The notes beneath the pieces were generated by a model. The model worked only from the letters and a program-made list of their open reading frames with translations, ran no database searches and had not been told where the DNA came from. Below are positions 25,319 through 38,450 of a stretch of 64,000 nt of DNA, piece by piece. The DNA comes from Takakia lepidozioides (taxonomy: Eukaryota; Plantae; Bryophyta). Location: positions 42,718,001-42,782,000 of the forward strand of contig CM060734.1 of NCBI GenBank assembly GCA_030704615.1. Reading direction: 5' to 3'. The number at the start of each line of letters is the position of its first letter. The first letter of the stretch is position 1. The translations under genes and the position numbers were made by a program.

Positions 25319-25415
25319 GGTAATGCCCTCGCCCTTGGACTTTCCTGGATTTTTGACCCCTGCCCTCGGGACAGGCGCCTCAAATCCAGGAAAGTCCTGG
25401 GGCCAGGGCTTTACC
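25319..25415. repeat. 97-bp foldback (34-bp arms), MITE-like or hairpin RNA candidate
   Basis: The left arm GGTAATGCCCTCGCCCTTGGACTTTCCTGGATTT matches the reverse complement of the right arm with 4 mismatches. Confidence 0.75.
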
Positions 25416-27231
25416 TCTTACATACAGGCTACAGCGCGGTATGGTGACATCTGCTCGGCTGTGACAGAATGAGCAGGTGTTGGGACACTGTTGGTGGTTG
25501 GGGCATTTAATGCACAAGCCATGTTGTCCTAACATCAAGAGTACCTGGCAGCTAATGTGTGATACAGGAGTAAAGTAATCTCCATAGTCAATGAAGGCAG
25601 CCCATCTGCCAGTCTTGACTACTCTATATTTCAATATAAAAGCCGGGTGGCTGAGCCCAAAGGCACGACGATGAGTGGATGTGCAGCTGGTGATGCTCTT
25701 GTTTGTCTCATGATAGGTCTAAGTACTCAGTACTGTGAAGGCTCACGTGCTTAAAGTGGGACTTGCCTTTCTATTTACGGATTTCAGCTCTAGCTAAAAC
25801 ACTTGGGTGGAATTCAGTGTTCTACCCACTGAATTTCCATTGAATTTCCACTGAATTTCTACCGGGACTGATGGACTGATGGGTGGTAATTTTCTAGTCC
25901 TCAACGTCTGTGGGATGTTATTGGGTCTATCACACATACTTACGGAGATCACTCATCATGACCAACTACATAGCTGCCACACTTCAATGGAAGCGCAGAC
26001 AGAATTTTAATGCTGTGGCAATTTTTCAAGTCATGGCCCATGGGCAGAGGTCGCCCGTGGGAATAGCATATCCCTTCTTCCATATTTTAGCTCGCGAGCG
26101 CATGTAATCAAATTGGCGGAGGAGTCAGACAACTCAGATTGGACAGACGGTCCCCTTTCAAGGGCTTTTATGAGGAGATTACCGTTGTCGGGCAATCCAA
26201 TGGAGGATTCTAGTAGCCTGGTGTAACACTATACTAACACTATATTATCCAAGCTGTTTCCTTGTTCTCTGATCTATTTTACACCGAAGCATAACGATGG
26301 TACAATAAAAATAATCTCCAAACTGCCTCACGATGATACTGACTTCATCTCTTGTGTATCATCTCACCCATGTCACACTTGGATAGGGATACCACAAATT
26401 CCAACTGCAGGCGCTAGACACAAGGGAATCAACGCATGGGATGCATACGAGCCCTGCCCTATTGGGCTGGAACCCCGCAGCTCAGAGACCATATTCTGTA
26501 GCCATCCTCTTGTGGCGATCAAATCACAATCCTTTCTTGTTCACGGTTTCAGGTTTTGATACGGTAGAAATCAGCTCACGGTGGGTGAGAAGTGAGAACG
26601 TATGGCGGCCACTACCACTACACATGTGCAATACGACATGTTGGGAAATTTGTTAGACTAGGTGTGGGAGGTCTGTCCCCTCTGAGCGCCTTCAAAAACG
26701 TCCATTTTGCACTTCTGAATTAACAGGAAAGGATACTTTGTCATGTTTTCCCGTAGGTTTGGGTTCTGTGGTCAGCAGACAGAGTTCAGTGTTGGGCACC
26801 AAAAGGGTTGACACAAGGTTCTGGTTCTTGAAAAACTATTAATTCATAACTTGCAGTATTTCTCTTTCGCATTTGACTCGGGATGATGTACGAGAGTTGC
26901 ACTCCACTTTTGGTCTATTGTGAACTTTAGAATTGGTTTCGTTAAAGTTCCTGCTAAATATTACATATGGAAACTGTACCCCGCATTTACACTTAGCCTA
27001 TCAAGTGACTTTGTTTCTAAAAATGGGAAGGGGTGTATTGCGCTGATATATCAACAGCTTGTTATGTAGTTTCAGTTACACAGCATTGTTGCAGGCTCTT
27101 GGTGGAAGGAACAGGAGGCAAAAGAGAGGAGGCGCTGAGCAGAGTCGGTTGCTTGCATACAAATTACAACCCGCACATAGTTCCTAGAGAATTTAGTAGG
27201 TACAGTGACTACCCTTACAGAAGGCTCCCGT

Positions 27232-30200
27232 TATAACGTCCCTGTGAACTCGAACCTGCGACAGGCTTGGCAGGACGTTGAACAGTTCAGCAATCGTCGA
27301 CGGCTGTCTGGGTGAGGTGATGGGGATGTCACGTGGAACAGCTGGTGGTGGCGATGTGTTGGCAGGATTCCGTTGATCAAGACCAAAAGCAAGAATGATG
27401 ATGTTGAGAAGTGTACAGGGAGGAGAGTGGGGGACTTGACTCTCTTCTTCTGGTTTTTGGTTCCCTAGAGAGAAGAGCTTGTAGATGTTGGCCGTACAGA
27501 GTGTGGAAGACAAGACGGCCATGGCGAATAGTGTCTACGAACAGGGAAGAGAGAGATAATACAGAAAATGATGCATGGTGTGGCGGTTGGGAGGACTGGT
27601 TGTGTTCCAGTACCATGTACAATTCTAGGATTGGGTGCTAGTTCCTGTTGAGTCAAGAATTATTGTGACTTGAAGGATCTGTACATAAAGCAAATGGTGG
27701 TGTTTGGCCATTATGTGGAATAAGACAAGAGGATTGTAAGATCTTGGTATTAGAGCAGATTTCGACCTTTTGGGATTTGTGGTTTATGAGCCAATTGACA
27801 TTCGGCTCTGGAAGCTCGTTGCTTCAGTGGGATATAATCTTTAAAGGTAGATGTAGTACATCTCCAGAGTCGATGGAAGGCGAGACAAGCCATACACAGG
27901 CTGCAAATTGTTGTACCAGAAGAACTTATCACTATGAAAGCGGGAGATCTAGCACAGGTCATTCGCGAGGCGGTGGCGAGTGGGGTGAAGGAGGGCATAG
28001 CCGCTGTTGGCAAGAGACCTACAACAAATTCAACTCCACCAGTGGTGCCACCCGACCAGCAAGCAGTAGACCAACCAGTAAGTGTTCCCCATAATGATCT
28101 GCGTACAAGAACTAGGACAAAAAGAAAAGAGGCTAGAGGTGGATCTGCCTCTGGTGCATCCTCACAGGATAGCCGCTCCATGATGGCAAGGGATTCTAAG
28201 AGAAGGACGGTTGACAAGGAAATTAGTAAGATGACGCATCTTCCTGAATTCCATGGTCGCCCAAATGTGCCTTGCACAGAGGTGCTGTCTTTTCTAGAGA
28301 CTCTGGAAGAGTTCTTCAGTGAGGACTATACGGATGCAGATAAGATCCGCACAGCCTCATTGCAAATGAGAGGCAAATCTAAAGAATGGTGGATTAGAAT
28401 GAAAGAGAAGCCAGGTCTGGAAGGGAGAGTGGACCTGATTACCACATGGGCTAAGTTCAAACGGGTCTTCAAAGAACAGTACATGCCAGAGGACTATGCG
28501 CACAGGATGAAAATGGGTTTGATGGAACTTAGCCAGGGAAGAATGAGTGTGGCAGACTACAAGGTGAAGTTTGACGAACACGCTTCATACTTCTATTCCT
28601 TGAAGGAGTCTGACAGGGTGGATTTCTTCCTGACTGGACTAGATAAGGCTATCAGATTTTTGGTTCAAGCATATGAGCCGAAGACAGAGGCTGATGCATA
28701 TAGACTAGCTATCAATTTTGAGAGCCAGCACAGAGCACATCTGGGTGCAAGTGCACCTATTGATAGGGATTTCAAGCCGAAGTCATTCCCTTTTGGTGGA
28801 GGTCAGAAGAGAAAGAATTGGAAAAGGTTCAATAAGAAGACAACAAAGACTGAGCCTAGAGATAATCAGAAGTTTGGAGCTTCAGCGACCAAACGCCTAT
28901 CAGAGAAGGAACAGGAAGAACACCGGCGCTTGGGTCAATGTTTTATCTGTCATGAGAGAAACCATAGGGCGTTCGAGTGTCCCAAACGCGTACAACGCGC
29001 AGCTGCAGCTGTGATTGTGCAAGAGGTTGAGGATAAAATGGATGTGGATGCACCTGGGACGAGCAAGGGTAAACAACTGAGGATCTCAGTGGCTGTGATG
29101 GGTAAAGAGATAGACCATAATCCCACAGTCATACGATTAAATGGTCAGGTGGGAAGAGAAACCACGACTGTTTTGATTGACCCAGGAAGCAGCCATAACT
29201 TCATGTCTCAAAATTTTGCAAACAAGTGCAAGCTGCAGTTGAAGGAGGTTGGCACCAGTACCATTCTGTTGCCCAATGGAGATACAAGATCTACCAACAA
29301 CAGAAGTTTGGAGATCCCTGTCACAATGCAAGGGATCACCACTGAGGTAGATTTTGAGGTCTGGGATGGCGTGAGGTACGACATCATTTTGGGAATGCAG
29401 TGGCTGGCAGTTGTGGACGCTCAAGTGGCATGCCGAAATTGTGCAGTGGAGGGGGAGTTGCCTGGTGGTAAGCGATTCAAGCTTACAGGTACGAGAGCCC
29501 TACCCAATGTTCCTTTGTTGTCAGCCCTTCAAACGAAGCGATGCATACGGAAGACAGCCGGTCAGCTGTTCTTCGTAAGCATTCATCAGAATGATGACGA
29601 AGACATTGAAGTGAAGTTGAACAATCTCAACAGAACAGATAAGATCCTGTCTGAATTTTCAGACGTGTTTCCCAGTGATCTGCCTGGACTACCTCCCGAA
29701 AGGGATGTAGATCATGCCATTGAGTTAGTTCCTGAAGCGATTCCTGTCTCTAGGATTCCTTATAGGCATTCTTTGGTGGAGAATGAAGAATTGGAGAGAC
29801 AGCTGGCTGATTTGCTAGAGAAAGGTTATATTAAGCCTAGCAAGTCTCCCTGGGGAGCACCAGTGTTGTTTAAGAAAAAGAAAGACGGAGCTTTAAGATT
29901 GTGTGCGGACTACAGATGGTTGAATAAACTAACCGTAAAGAACAAGTTTCCACTTCCTAGGATAGATGACTTATTTGATTACTTGCATGGTGCGCAAGTA
30001 TTTTCAAAGATAGACCTACGAAGTAGATACCATCAGATCCGTGTCAAAGACTCGGACACGTTTAAGACGGCCTTCAGAACTAGATTTGGCCACTATGAAT
30101 ATACAGTGATGTCTTTTGGACTCACAAATGCACCAGCCACTTTCATGTGCTTAATGAATACCTTATTCAGAAAGTATCTGGGGAAATTTGTGTTAGTCTT

Positions 30201-33000
30201 CATGGATGACATCTTAATCTATTCCAAGTCTGAAGAAGAACACATAGAACACTTGAAAAGTGTCCTTGAGATTTTGAGAGAGAATAAACTCTATGCTAAG
30301 AAGAGCAAATGTGAGTTTTTTGTTTCCCAGATGGAATACTTGGGATTTATAGTGTCAAAAGATGGCATGTTAGTTGATCCCAAGAAGGTAAAGACTGTGG
30401 CAGAATGGCCTGTCCCGAAGGATAGAACAGATGTGAGAGCATTCTTAGGACTTGCAAGTTTTTATAGAAGATTTATAAAGGCATTCTCCAAGATTGCAGC
30501 CCCTCTCACTAGCCTGCTGAAAGGCTTAGGAGCGATTACCTGGACCGAAGATTGTAATGAGAGCTTTGAAAAGCTTAAAGATATGTTAACACATGCTCCT
30601 GTCTTGAAATTAATGGATTACAAGACAGGTGGTCTAGTACTTTGCACAGATGCGAGTGACCTGGCCATAGGAGCTGTGTTAATGCAACACGGACAGGTAA
30701 TAGCTTATGAGTCTAGAAAACTAAGCCCAGCAGAGCTGAACTACCCAGTGCATGAAAAAGAATTGCTAGCCATCATACATGCCTTAAAGGTTTGGCGGCA
30801 TTATCTACTGGGAAGGGAATTTAAGATTGAGACAGACCATGAAAGCTTGAAGTATCTGGCCACACAACCCAACCTCAGTCGCAGACAGTGTCGTTGGGTA
30901 GAGTTCCTCTAGCAGTTCTTCTTTGAATTGCATTATGTGAAGGGGAAAGAGAACGTGGTGGCAGATGCATTGTCCAGAAGAAAATGGGCAACTGCTATTT
31001 CAGTGATAAGAAGCACTGTGATAGAAGAGATAAGAGGTCAGTATGCTAAAGACGCATATTTTGCTGGCCCGTTTGAAAGCCTGTCTCGTGGGGTCAAGGC
31101 TCCTGATGAAATTGGCAAATATCTAGCTTATCTGTTAAAGGATGGGTTATTATACTGTGATGGGCGTCTATGCATCCCTCAGGTTGCAGACTATAGACTA
31201 AAGATCATGTATGACTGTCATAACATACCCATTGCAGGCCGTCCTGGCTTTCAGAAAACGTATCTTGCAATTAGGAAACAATTTTTCTGGCCTAGGATGA
31301 AAAAGAATATACGAGAATATGTTGAAAGGTGTTACCCTTGTCAGGTAACCAAAACAGAACAGATCAAGACTCCTGGACTTTTCCAACCTCTGAATGTGCC
31401 TAGGGCAAAGTGGGAATCTATAAGTATGGATTTCATTGTCTCATTGCCTAAGACAAGAAATGGACATGATGCCATCTTTGTGGAAGTCAACCGCTTGTCA
31501 AAACAAGCGCATTTCATACCCACAAAGATGAGTGCAACTGCTATAGACACAGCTAATCTCTTTGTAAAAGAGACATACAGACTGCATGGATTGCCAAGAG
31601 AAATTGTGTCTGACAGGGATTCGAAGTTTACGAGTGGATTTTGGACTGCTTTGTTCAAAGCTTTGAATACCAGATTATGTTTTAGCAGTGCTTACCACCC
31701 AGAATCTGATGCTCAGACAGAGAGGACAAATAGAACCTTAGAAGACATGCTCCGAATGTATGTGGGGCAAAGGCAAAGCTCTTGGGAACAATATTTGCAT
31801 TTTTGTGAGTTTGCCTATAATAAGAACATGCATACAGCTATTGGGGTAAGCCCATTTGAAGCTGTTTACGGACAAGATTGCTTGACACCAGCATCTTGGC
31901 ATGTTTCTAATACTAAGGTCGAAAGTGTCAATCAGATGATAGCAAGGATGCAACAAGAGATGGACCTAATGAAGGATAGCATGAGGAGAGCTCAAGAAAG
32001 GGCAAAGACCTATGCTGATCAGAAAAGGTCTTTTAGAGAATTTGAGATTGGAGATCAAGTATTTTTGAAAGTGATCCCTAAGAAGAGCCAGTTGAGCCTA
32101 GGAAAGTGTTATAAGCTTTCCCCAAGGTACTGTGGACCTTTCAAGATTATCAAAAAGATTGGCAAAGTCGCCTACAAGCTGGAACTGCCTGTTAGGTGGA
32201 AGATACATGATGTATTTCGTGTGAGCCTCTTAAGGAAATATGTTTCAGATCCCAGCCATATTCTCCCAGACTTGCCGAAAGTCACAACCGAAGGAGAAAT
32301 TGTGGCAGAACCAGAAGAGATTCTTAAGGTAGAGATGAAAACCTTGAGATCTCGTTCTTGGAATGAATTCTTGATCAAGTGGAAGAATTACCCTATAGAA
32401 GAATCTACATGGGAGAGAGAAGATGCTCTTCGTAAGAATTTTCCCCAGTTCAGTATTGAGGACAATACTCCCTTATAAGAGGGGGGGTAATATAACGTCC
32501 CTGTGAACTCGAACCTGCGACAGGCTTGGCAGGACGTTGAACAGTTCAGCAATCGTCGACGGCTGTCTGGGTGAGGTGATGGGGATGTCACGTGGAACAG
32601 CTGGTGGTGGCGATGTGTTGGCAGGATTCCGTTGATCAAGACCAAAAGCAAGAATGATGATGTTGAGAAGTGTACAGGGAGGAGAGTGGGGGACTTGACT
32701 CTCTTCTTCTGGTTTTTGGTTCCCTAGATAGAAGAGCTCGTAGATGTTGGCCGTATAGAGTGTGGAAGACAAGACGGCCATGGTGAATAGTGCCTACGAA
32801 CAGGGAAGAGAGAGATAATACAGAAAATGATGCATGGTGTGGCGGTTGGGAGGACTGGTTGTGTTCCAGTACCATGTACAATTCTAGGATTGGGTGCTAG
32901 TTCCTGTTGAGTCAAGAATTATTGTGACTTGAAGGATCTGTACATAAAGCAAATGGTGGTGTTTGGCCATTATGTGGAATAAGACAAGAGGATTGTAAGA
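27232..33000 (+). mobile_element. Full-length young Ty3/Gypsy chromovirus with 5-bp TSD CCCGT
   Basis: 510-bp LTRs at 27232-27741 and 32491-33000 (5 mismatches counted). PBS TGGTATTAGAGC at 27745-27756, PPT at about 32477-32487. TSD at 27227-27231 and 33001-33005. Confidence 0.97.
27934..32478 (+). CDS. Single-frame Gag-Pol polyprotein (gag-CCHC-PR-RT-RH-IN-chromodomain) interrupted by one TAG at 30910-30912
   Basis: [33 protein letters not shown] and GPF motifs, plus chromodomain [16 protein letters not shown]. The two ORFs are in the same frame. Confidence 0.93.
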
Positions 33001-33159
33001 CCCGTGCTTGAAGTAGGACTTGCATTTCTATGTACAGATTTTAGCCCTATATCACCGTGGTGGCATTTAGTGTTCTACCCACTGAATTTCCACTGAATTT
33101 CTACCTGGATATATGAACTGATGGATGGTATTTTTCTAGTCCATAACGTCTTTGTGATG

Positions 33160-34135
33160 TTATTTGGCCAGATTGATTGAATGATGATGGCAGTATCATC
33201 CCTCTCCTTGCTTTTGGGCAGAAGACTGACCAGGATGCTGGGTTCCTTCGCAAACCCAAGCTGCTTCAGCTTTGAGCTGATGCCTACCTTGAAGGAATGA
33301 TCATGGCTAGGAGTATGTTCCAGGGAATTTCCAACAGTCCGAGAGGGAAGGGAGAGGGATAGAAAGCGCCTGCATATTCGGTACAGCTCAAGGGTGTATG
33401 CTCATCCACCTGGGGCAAATTCAAAAACAAGACAAACCCTACTAGTCTACCTGATGGTATCTTTTATGCCTTCAATGGCAAGGACCTCTTCTTGAAATCC
33501 TGGTACTGGGAACTGGCCTTGAGATGTGAGCCTGGAAAACTGCGCCAGTAAGAGTAATGTTTCTACAATGCAAAAATTTTGGTCCTCGTGTGGCGATCAA
33601 ACAATCCTTTTCGCTTTGTCTGCCATGAAGGGACGATGAACCTTGCAGCAAGCTTGGCTATGCCGCTCATGAGTTGCTCCCAAAACTCTGGAGCGGAATG
33701 TGAAGACACTGGAGCTGGCTTGGTGCTCAGAGAGGTAGCTGAATTCCACGAGAGCCAGTCATTCTCTACCTCTTCGTACTTATAGCGAAATTTTTCCATA
33801 TCAAGAGAGTCTATACAAATCAGCGCGCAAGTATCTTCACTGTCACTTGACCGTTCCAAATTTTGACGAAAGTTTGTGAGCTCGCACTTTGTAGACGTAG
33901 ATGCACGTATTAACAGTTTCAGAGAGGGAAGGCGAGATATGAAAACCAACCTTCACACGAACAAGATCAGCGTTTTCATCGTAGAAGAGAAACTCCGTGT
34001 TGAGCCAGTCGGGGTCAGTAAGGTCGCCACGTTGACCGCCTGGCAGGTTCTTCCAGAGATCCCACAAACGGTCCCACATTGGTGTGAAGTGCAAAGAAAA
34101 GGGGATCTCTTGTTGACAAATAGCATGAGCCCAAG
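33160..34135 (-). pseudogene. PPO: Second PPO copy, 5'-truncated and degenerate
   Basis: Paralogous to exons 3-4 of the first PPO ([34 protein letters not shown]), with indels. Confidence 0.88.
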
Positions 34136-34290
34136 TCTTACATCACATTGGTCAATGTTTGCAGATTGATTGACATAATTACCCCAAAAAACTTGCCTGG
34201 GCATAGGATTGAAGATTTGCTTCATCCATATTAGTTTTCGCCTTCCCTGCCTCTTTAACACTTATTCACTTTTTACTTGATCTTGTAGTA

Positions 34291-34440
34291 TTTTTTTCTC
34301 GAGGGCATGGTCACTTCACCACAAGGGCTACTACCTTCCAGCTGGAAGGTGGACACCTTCATGACACACCAGACCGTGGTTTGAACCCACAACCGCATCT
34401 ACCGTGGTATGTGCCCATTACCACTGGGCTACAGGTTGGT
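34291..34440 (-). mobile_element. tRNA-derived SINE
   Basis: Minus strand A box TAGCCCAGTGG (34431-34421), B box GGTTCAAACC (34387-34378), an unrelated tail and a short poly(A). No clear TSD. Confidence 0.6.
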
Positions 34441-34467
34441 TGTCAACCGTATTGACATAAATCCACT

Positions 34468-34655
34468 GTGGACTAGGGCTTCGCGTTGCTTTGCACTACT
34501 AGCCACGACTTATGAGAAGGACGTCCGGACGGATGGGCCATACTCGAAGATCATGAGTGAGAGTGGACTAGGGCTTCGCGTTGTTTTGCACTACTAGCCA
34601 CGACTTATGAGAAGGACGTCCGGACGGATGGGCCATACTCGAGGATCATGAGAGA
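34468..34655. repeat. Tandem duplication of a ~95-bp unit
   Basis: gtggactagggcttcgcgttg...ggccatactcga.gatcatgag occurs twice, nearly identical. Confidence 0.85.
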
Positions 34656-35583
34656 GAGTACGGATCATGCAGTGTGCCAAAATGTTGGTCACGCAGTTCC
34701 GATTGGTGGGGGGGGGAGGGAGTTGGAGGGGTTTTCCATAGGTAGTCTTGGTACAACAAGTAGATTTGGACTATGATAAATCAATATATTTTTATTTTCT
34801 GTTGTGAGCATGCATTGGGACAAAATATAGACTTTTTGAAGAGGAGAAGGAGGATGGTCTTTATAAAATATGGCGGCCCTTACATGGAACGTTTAGATGT
34901 GTCTAATTTAAGCTCTACCAAGCTATGCTTTTGCTCCAGTTGTCGTCATTCGACTCTTTCTCCTATCGTGCTTTGGCCAAGAGATTGATCCCTTTTAGTT
35001 GGAATGAAAGCCCGTGTTTCTTGTGACGGAAATTCATCTAGTATCGGATGTTACACTTGACTGCAACGTACGGATTCTCCATCCATTTTTTGGCCATTTG
35101 CATTAAGGACTTCTATTGTATTGTACATCTCGTCGTTGTTTGTTTTTTGACGTTTGTTGTTACCGGGCGTCGAGCCAGAGTTGTTTGCGTTAGTTTTTAG
35201 GAGCTTTTTCGTGAAGCTCATGTTGTTTCCACCCATCCACATCATGTCCTCGCCTCTCCTCCTCCAATTATCGAACCATTCTGTATTGTATTTGTGTAGT
35301 CGAACAAGAAATGGCTGTCTTCTATCAATATTGTGATTTTTGCATCTTCTAGTTCTTCGGCAAAAGTCACGAATCTGTAATTCCCGGTTTTGCCAAGGTA
35401 GGGGAATTTTATAATACCTACTAAGATTGCTATTTCTTCACCATGATGGTCATTGGACATGAAATTGTCGTATATTACGTTTGTCATGTCTTAGTGGGTT
35501 ATTTCCTGGATTTGTTGGTCCGTTACAGTGTCTATTGTGTCGGCTATTTCCGACGTTGACAACGTTGTTTGTATGTATGGTGT

Positions 35584-35611
<28 letters not shown>
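35584..35611. repeat. (GA)n microsatellite
   Basis: Direct observation. Confidence 0.9.
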
Positions 35612-35617
<6 letters not shown>

Positions 35618-35989
35618 GGGCAGATAAAAGTATATATCGGTGGATTTTTTAGGAGAATTAAACCCTAAGAGTGCGACTTTTAAATTAATCATGCTAATCT
35701 ATAGAATTATGGCTTTCTCTCTCAGACCGAGGTTGATGCTACACCGCTTTGCTGGGAAGTTAGGTGCAAAATGCGATGTAACAGTATGTTATATTCCTCT
35801 GCTTCACATGTACGTGGAAGCATCATTTGATTAGGGACCCTCTCACAATCGGTTATTTTTTTAGAAGCAACACCTAGTGAAGACGAAAGGCCTAGTCCAT
35901 TGATGTTTGATTCAGGCCCAGCTATGCTGATTGAGGAATTCCAATAGGAGATGGCCCTTCACTTCCTGCTCACAATTGTTTTGTTCATG

Positions 35990-37890
35990 TCATAAAACCA
36001 GAGAACCTTACATCAGAACGTATAGGCTTACAAATACATACAGATCCATCTGCACTTTTTCAGTGCTCAAAGACTGGCACAGGCATCGGAATACACATGA
36101 GGTTCACCTACCAGGCATCACCCATTCACAATCTCCAAAGCCTCCCTGCCACACCCAGTACATCAACAGAGTACACATAAGTTCCTTGCTTTGCATCCTC
36201 AATGCACCCATATTGGGCATACATGTCCACCAGGCCAGAGTTCAGAATGACATCTGGTACAATTCCAGCTTTGACAATGTCACCATAGACCTCTTTTGAC
36301 CTTTTCCAGGGCTGCCAGGCTTGCACAAGCATTGCAATCACACAAAAACATGATGTGGTTGGGCCTCACCCCTTCCCCCATAATTTGATCATAGGTCTCC
36401 AAATCCACCAATCCCACGTCTCTGCTGTGCATACCCTGCGATGCTTGTGAGTGTGTGCACCTACTTTCCAGCTTCCAGACCTTTCTTGGTGTGAATCCAC
36501 ATCAGAGTTTGTTGGCACTAGGAAAGGGTTGAGACTGAGCTGCTCAACTACTCCCTGGTCTTACTGGGCTTACATAGTGTGCCAAGCACAACATCTAGTG
36601 CCAAAGCCTCCATCCAGTGCTGTTGTGCATACCCTGCAAGCATCGAGTTCCACGACACCACATCTCGTTCAGCCATATTGTTCCCTTCATACATGTCCAC
36701 GAGGGTATTGTTCAGAATGACATGTGGTACAATTGCAGCTCTGACAATGTCGCCATGGACCTCTTTGCCCTTCTCCAGAGCTGTCAGGCTTGCACACGCA
36801 TTGCAAACTATCAAAGGTTCACTCAACCAGTAACTTGCAGAAATCAACATGAAAATTTAAGGACGATTTCTATAAGAGGGGAAAACAGGGTGAAAATGTT
36901 TTGAAGAAGGTGCCTTCATTAGCAGTGCCCGATTTTATGAATTGTGCCACTGCTGCTGAATCTGGACCCACACTTTTCCTTTTTCCAGGGCTGCTAGGCT
37001 TGCACAAGCATTGCCAACGCACACTAACGTGATGTGGTTGCACTTCACCTTTTTCCCCATCATTTGTTCATAGGTCTCCAAGGCCTCCATCCTGCGCCCC
37101 TGCTGGCATATCCTGCAAACATGAACACTCCCTCCGCATCCTCAATGCTCCCACATTTGGCATCCATGTCCATGAGGGTATTGTTCATAATCACATCTGG
37201 TACAATTCCAGCTTTGGCAATGCAACCATGCACCTCTTTGCCCTTCTCCAGGGCTGTCAGGCTTGCACACGCACTGCAAACGCACACAAACCTGATCAAA
37301 ACCAATGGCCAGCTTCTCACTGTGGTGGCAAAGAGAAAATTCCTTTTCTCCTTCCCCACATTATGAAATACAAAGCGCGTGTCACCCCGCCTCCTTTCAT
37401 TTGCCCAGACAATCTTCTCAGCTCAGCATGGATTTCCTTGATTCTGGGATGCAACCTGTCATCTACAGCGAAGGTGTGCACCCTATTGCAAATCTCAATG
37501 CAGCAGCGACTTTCTAACCCCTCTGACCTTCATCATTCTTCTCACCAACTCCTGCTTTTACGATGCAACCATGCACTCCTTCGCTCATTTCCAGGGCTGT
37601 CAGGCTTGCAAACACACAGACGTGATGTGGTCGAGCTTTACCCCTTCCCCCATCATTTGCTCATAGGTCTCCAGAGCCTCCATCCCACGCCCCTGCTGTG
37701 CATACCCTGCAAGCATCGCATTCCACGACACCACATTTCATTCAACGATATAGTTGAACATTGCCTTCGCATCCTCAATGCTCCCACATTTGGCATACAT
37801 ATCCACGAGGGCATTGTTCAGCATTACATCGGATACAATTCCAGCTTTCACGATGTCACCATGGACCACTTTCCCCTTTTCCAGGGCTCC
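35990..37890 (-). pseudogene. Degenerate PLS-class pentatricopeptide repeat (PPR) gene remnants
   Basis: Repeated ACASLTALEKGKEVH, NALVDMYAKCGSIEDA and ERDVVSWNSMLAGYAQ motifs with many frameshifts. Confidence 0.85.
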
Positions 37891-38209
37891 CAAGCTAATC
37901 GACTGCTGGTTAAGGTTAGTGAAACAAAACAACTGTATTATCTCAACGAATGATACACAAATGTCTTGCTGGCAACTATTGGATGAACGTATCAAACATA
38001 ACTTTTGTGCACTGGATGAACGTATGAATGAATGATAATGCAAACGCTGAGCTGACAACAATTGGATGAACTGATAGTGAAACTCATTTAAAGATTTATT
38101 TTGGATGAATGGATGAAATTAAGATGGCCAAAAAATGGAAAAACAAATGAATGGATGGATGTATTGATGGAAAACCCAAAATCCATCCATCTATCGAGGA
38201 TCTAATTTA

Positions 38210-38450
38210 CATTAGAAGAATTCTATAGATTTTTGGTCAGGTCCAAAAAAACTAAACCTCTGGCAAGTAGATTTCCCCTTTCTGCAGCTATCCCCCCAAA
38301 AACTGCGTCAAACGGAGCTCATTTGACAAAGATATGACCAACCAAGCTCTTTAAGCATAACACCCTTTAAAAAAAAAAACAAATACAAGGAAAAATCTAT
38401 TTTCAATAACTTGTCTTGGTTCCCTGTTCCCTGGTTCCCTAAGAATTTCC
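38210..38450. repeat. Dispersed ~240-bp repeat, copy 1
   Basis: Shares 'gtagatttcccctttct.cagctatccc..caaaaactg.gtcaaac.gag..catttgacaaagatatgaccaacca.gctctttaa.cataacacc' with 51498-51750. Confidence 0.8.

Noticed and set aside
30910-30912. Programmed stop-codon readthrough in pol
   Set aside because: The stop lies at the end of RNase H, not at the gag/pol boundary; a CAG>TAG decay mutation is the simpler explanation.
34370-34440. tRNA gene
   Set aside because: A and B boxes are present but there is no convincing acceptor stem or cloverleaf; the tail and poly(A) fit a SINE.
35051-35692. Short minus-strand ORFs, possibly TE-derived
   Set aside because: No diagnostic motif; cannot be assigned.
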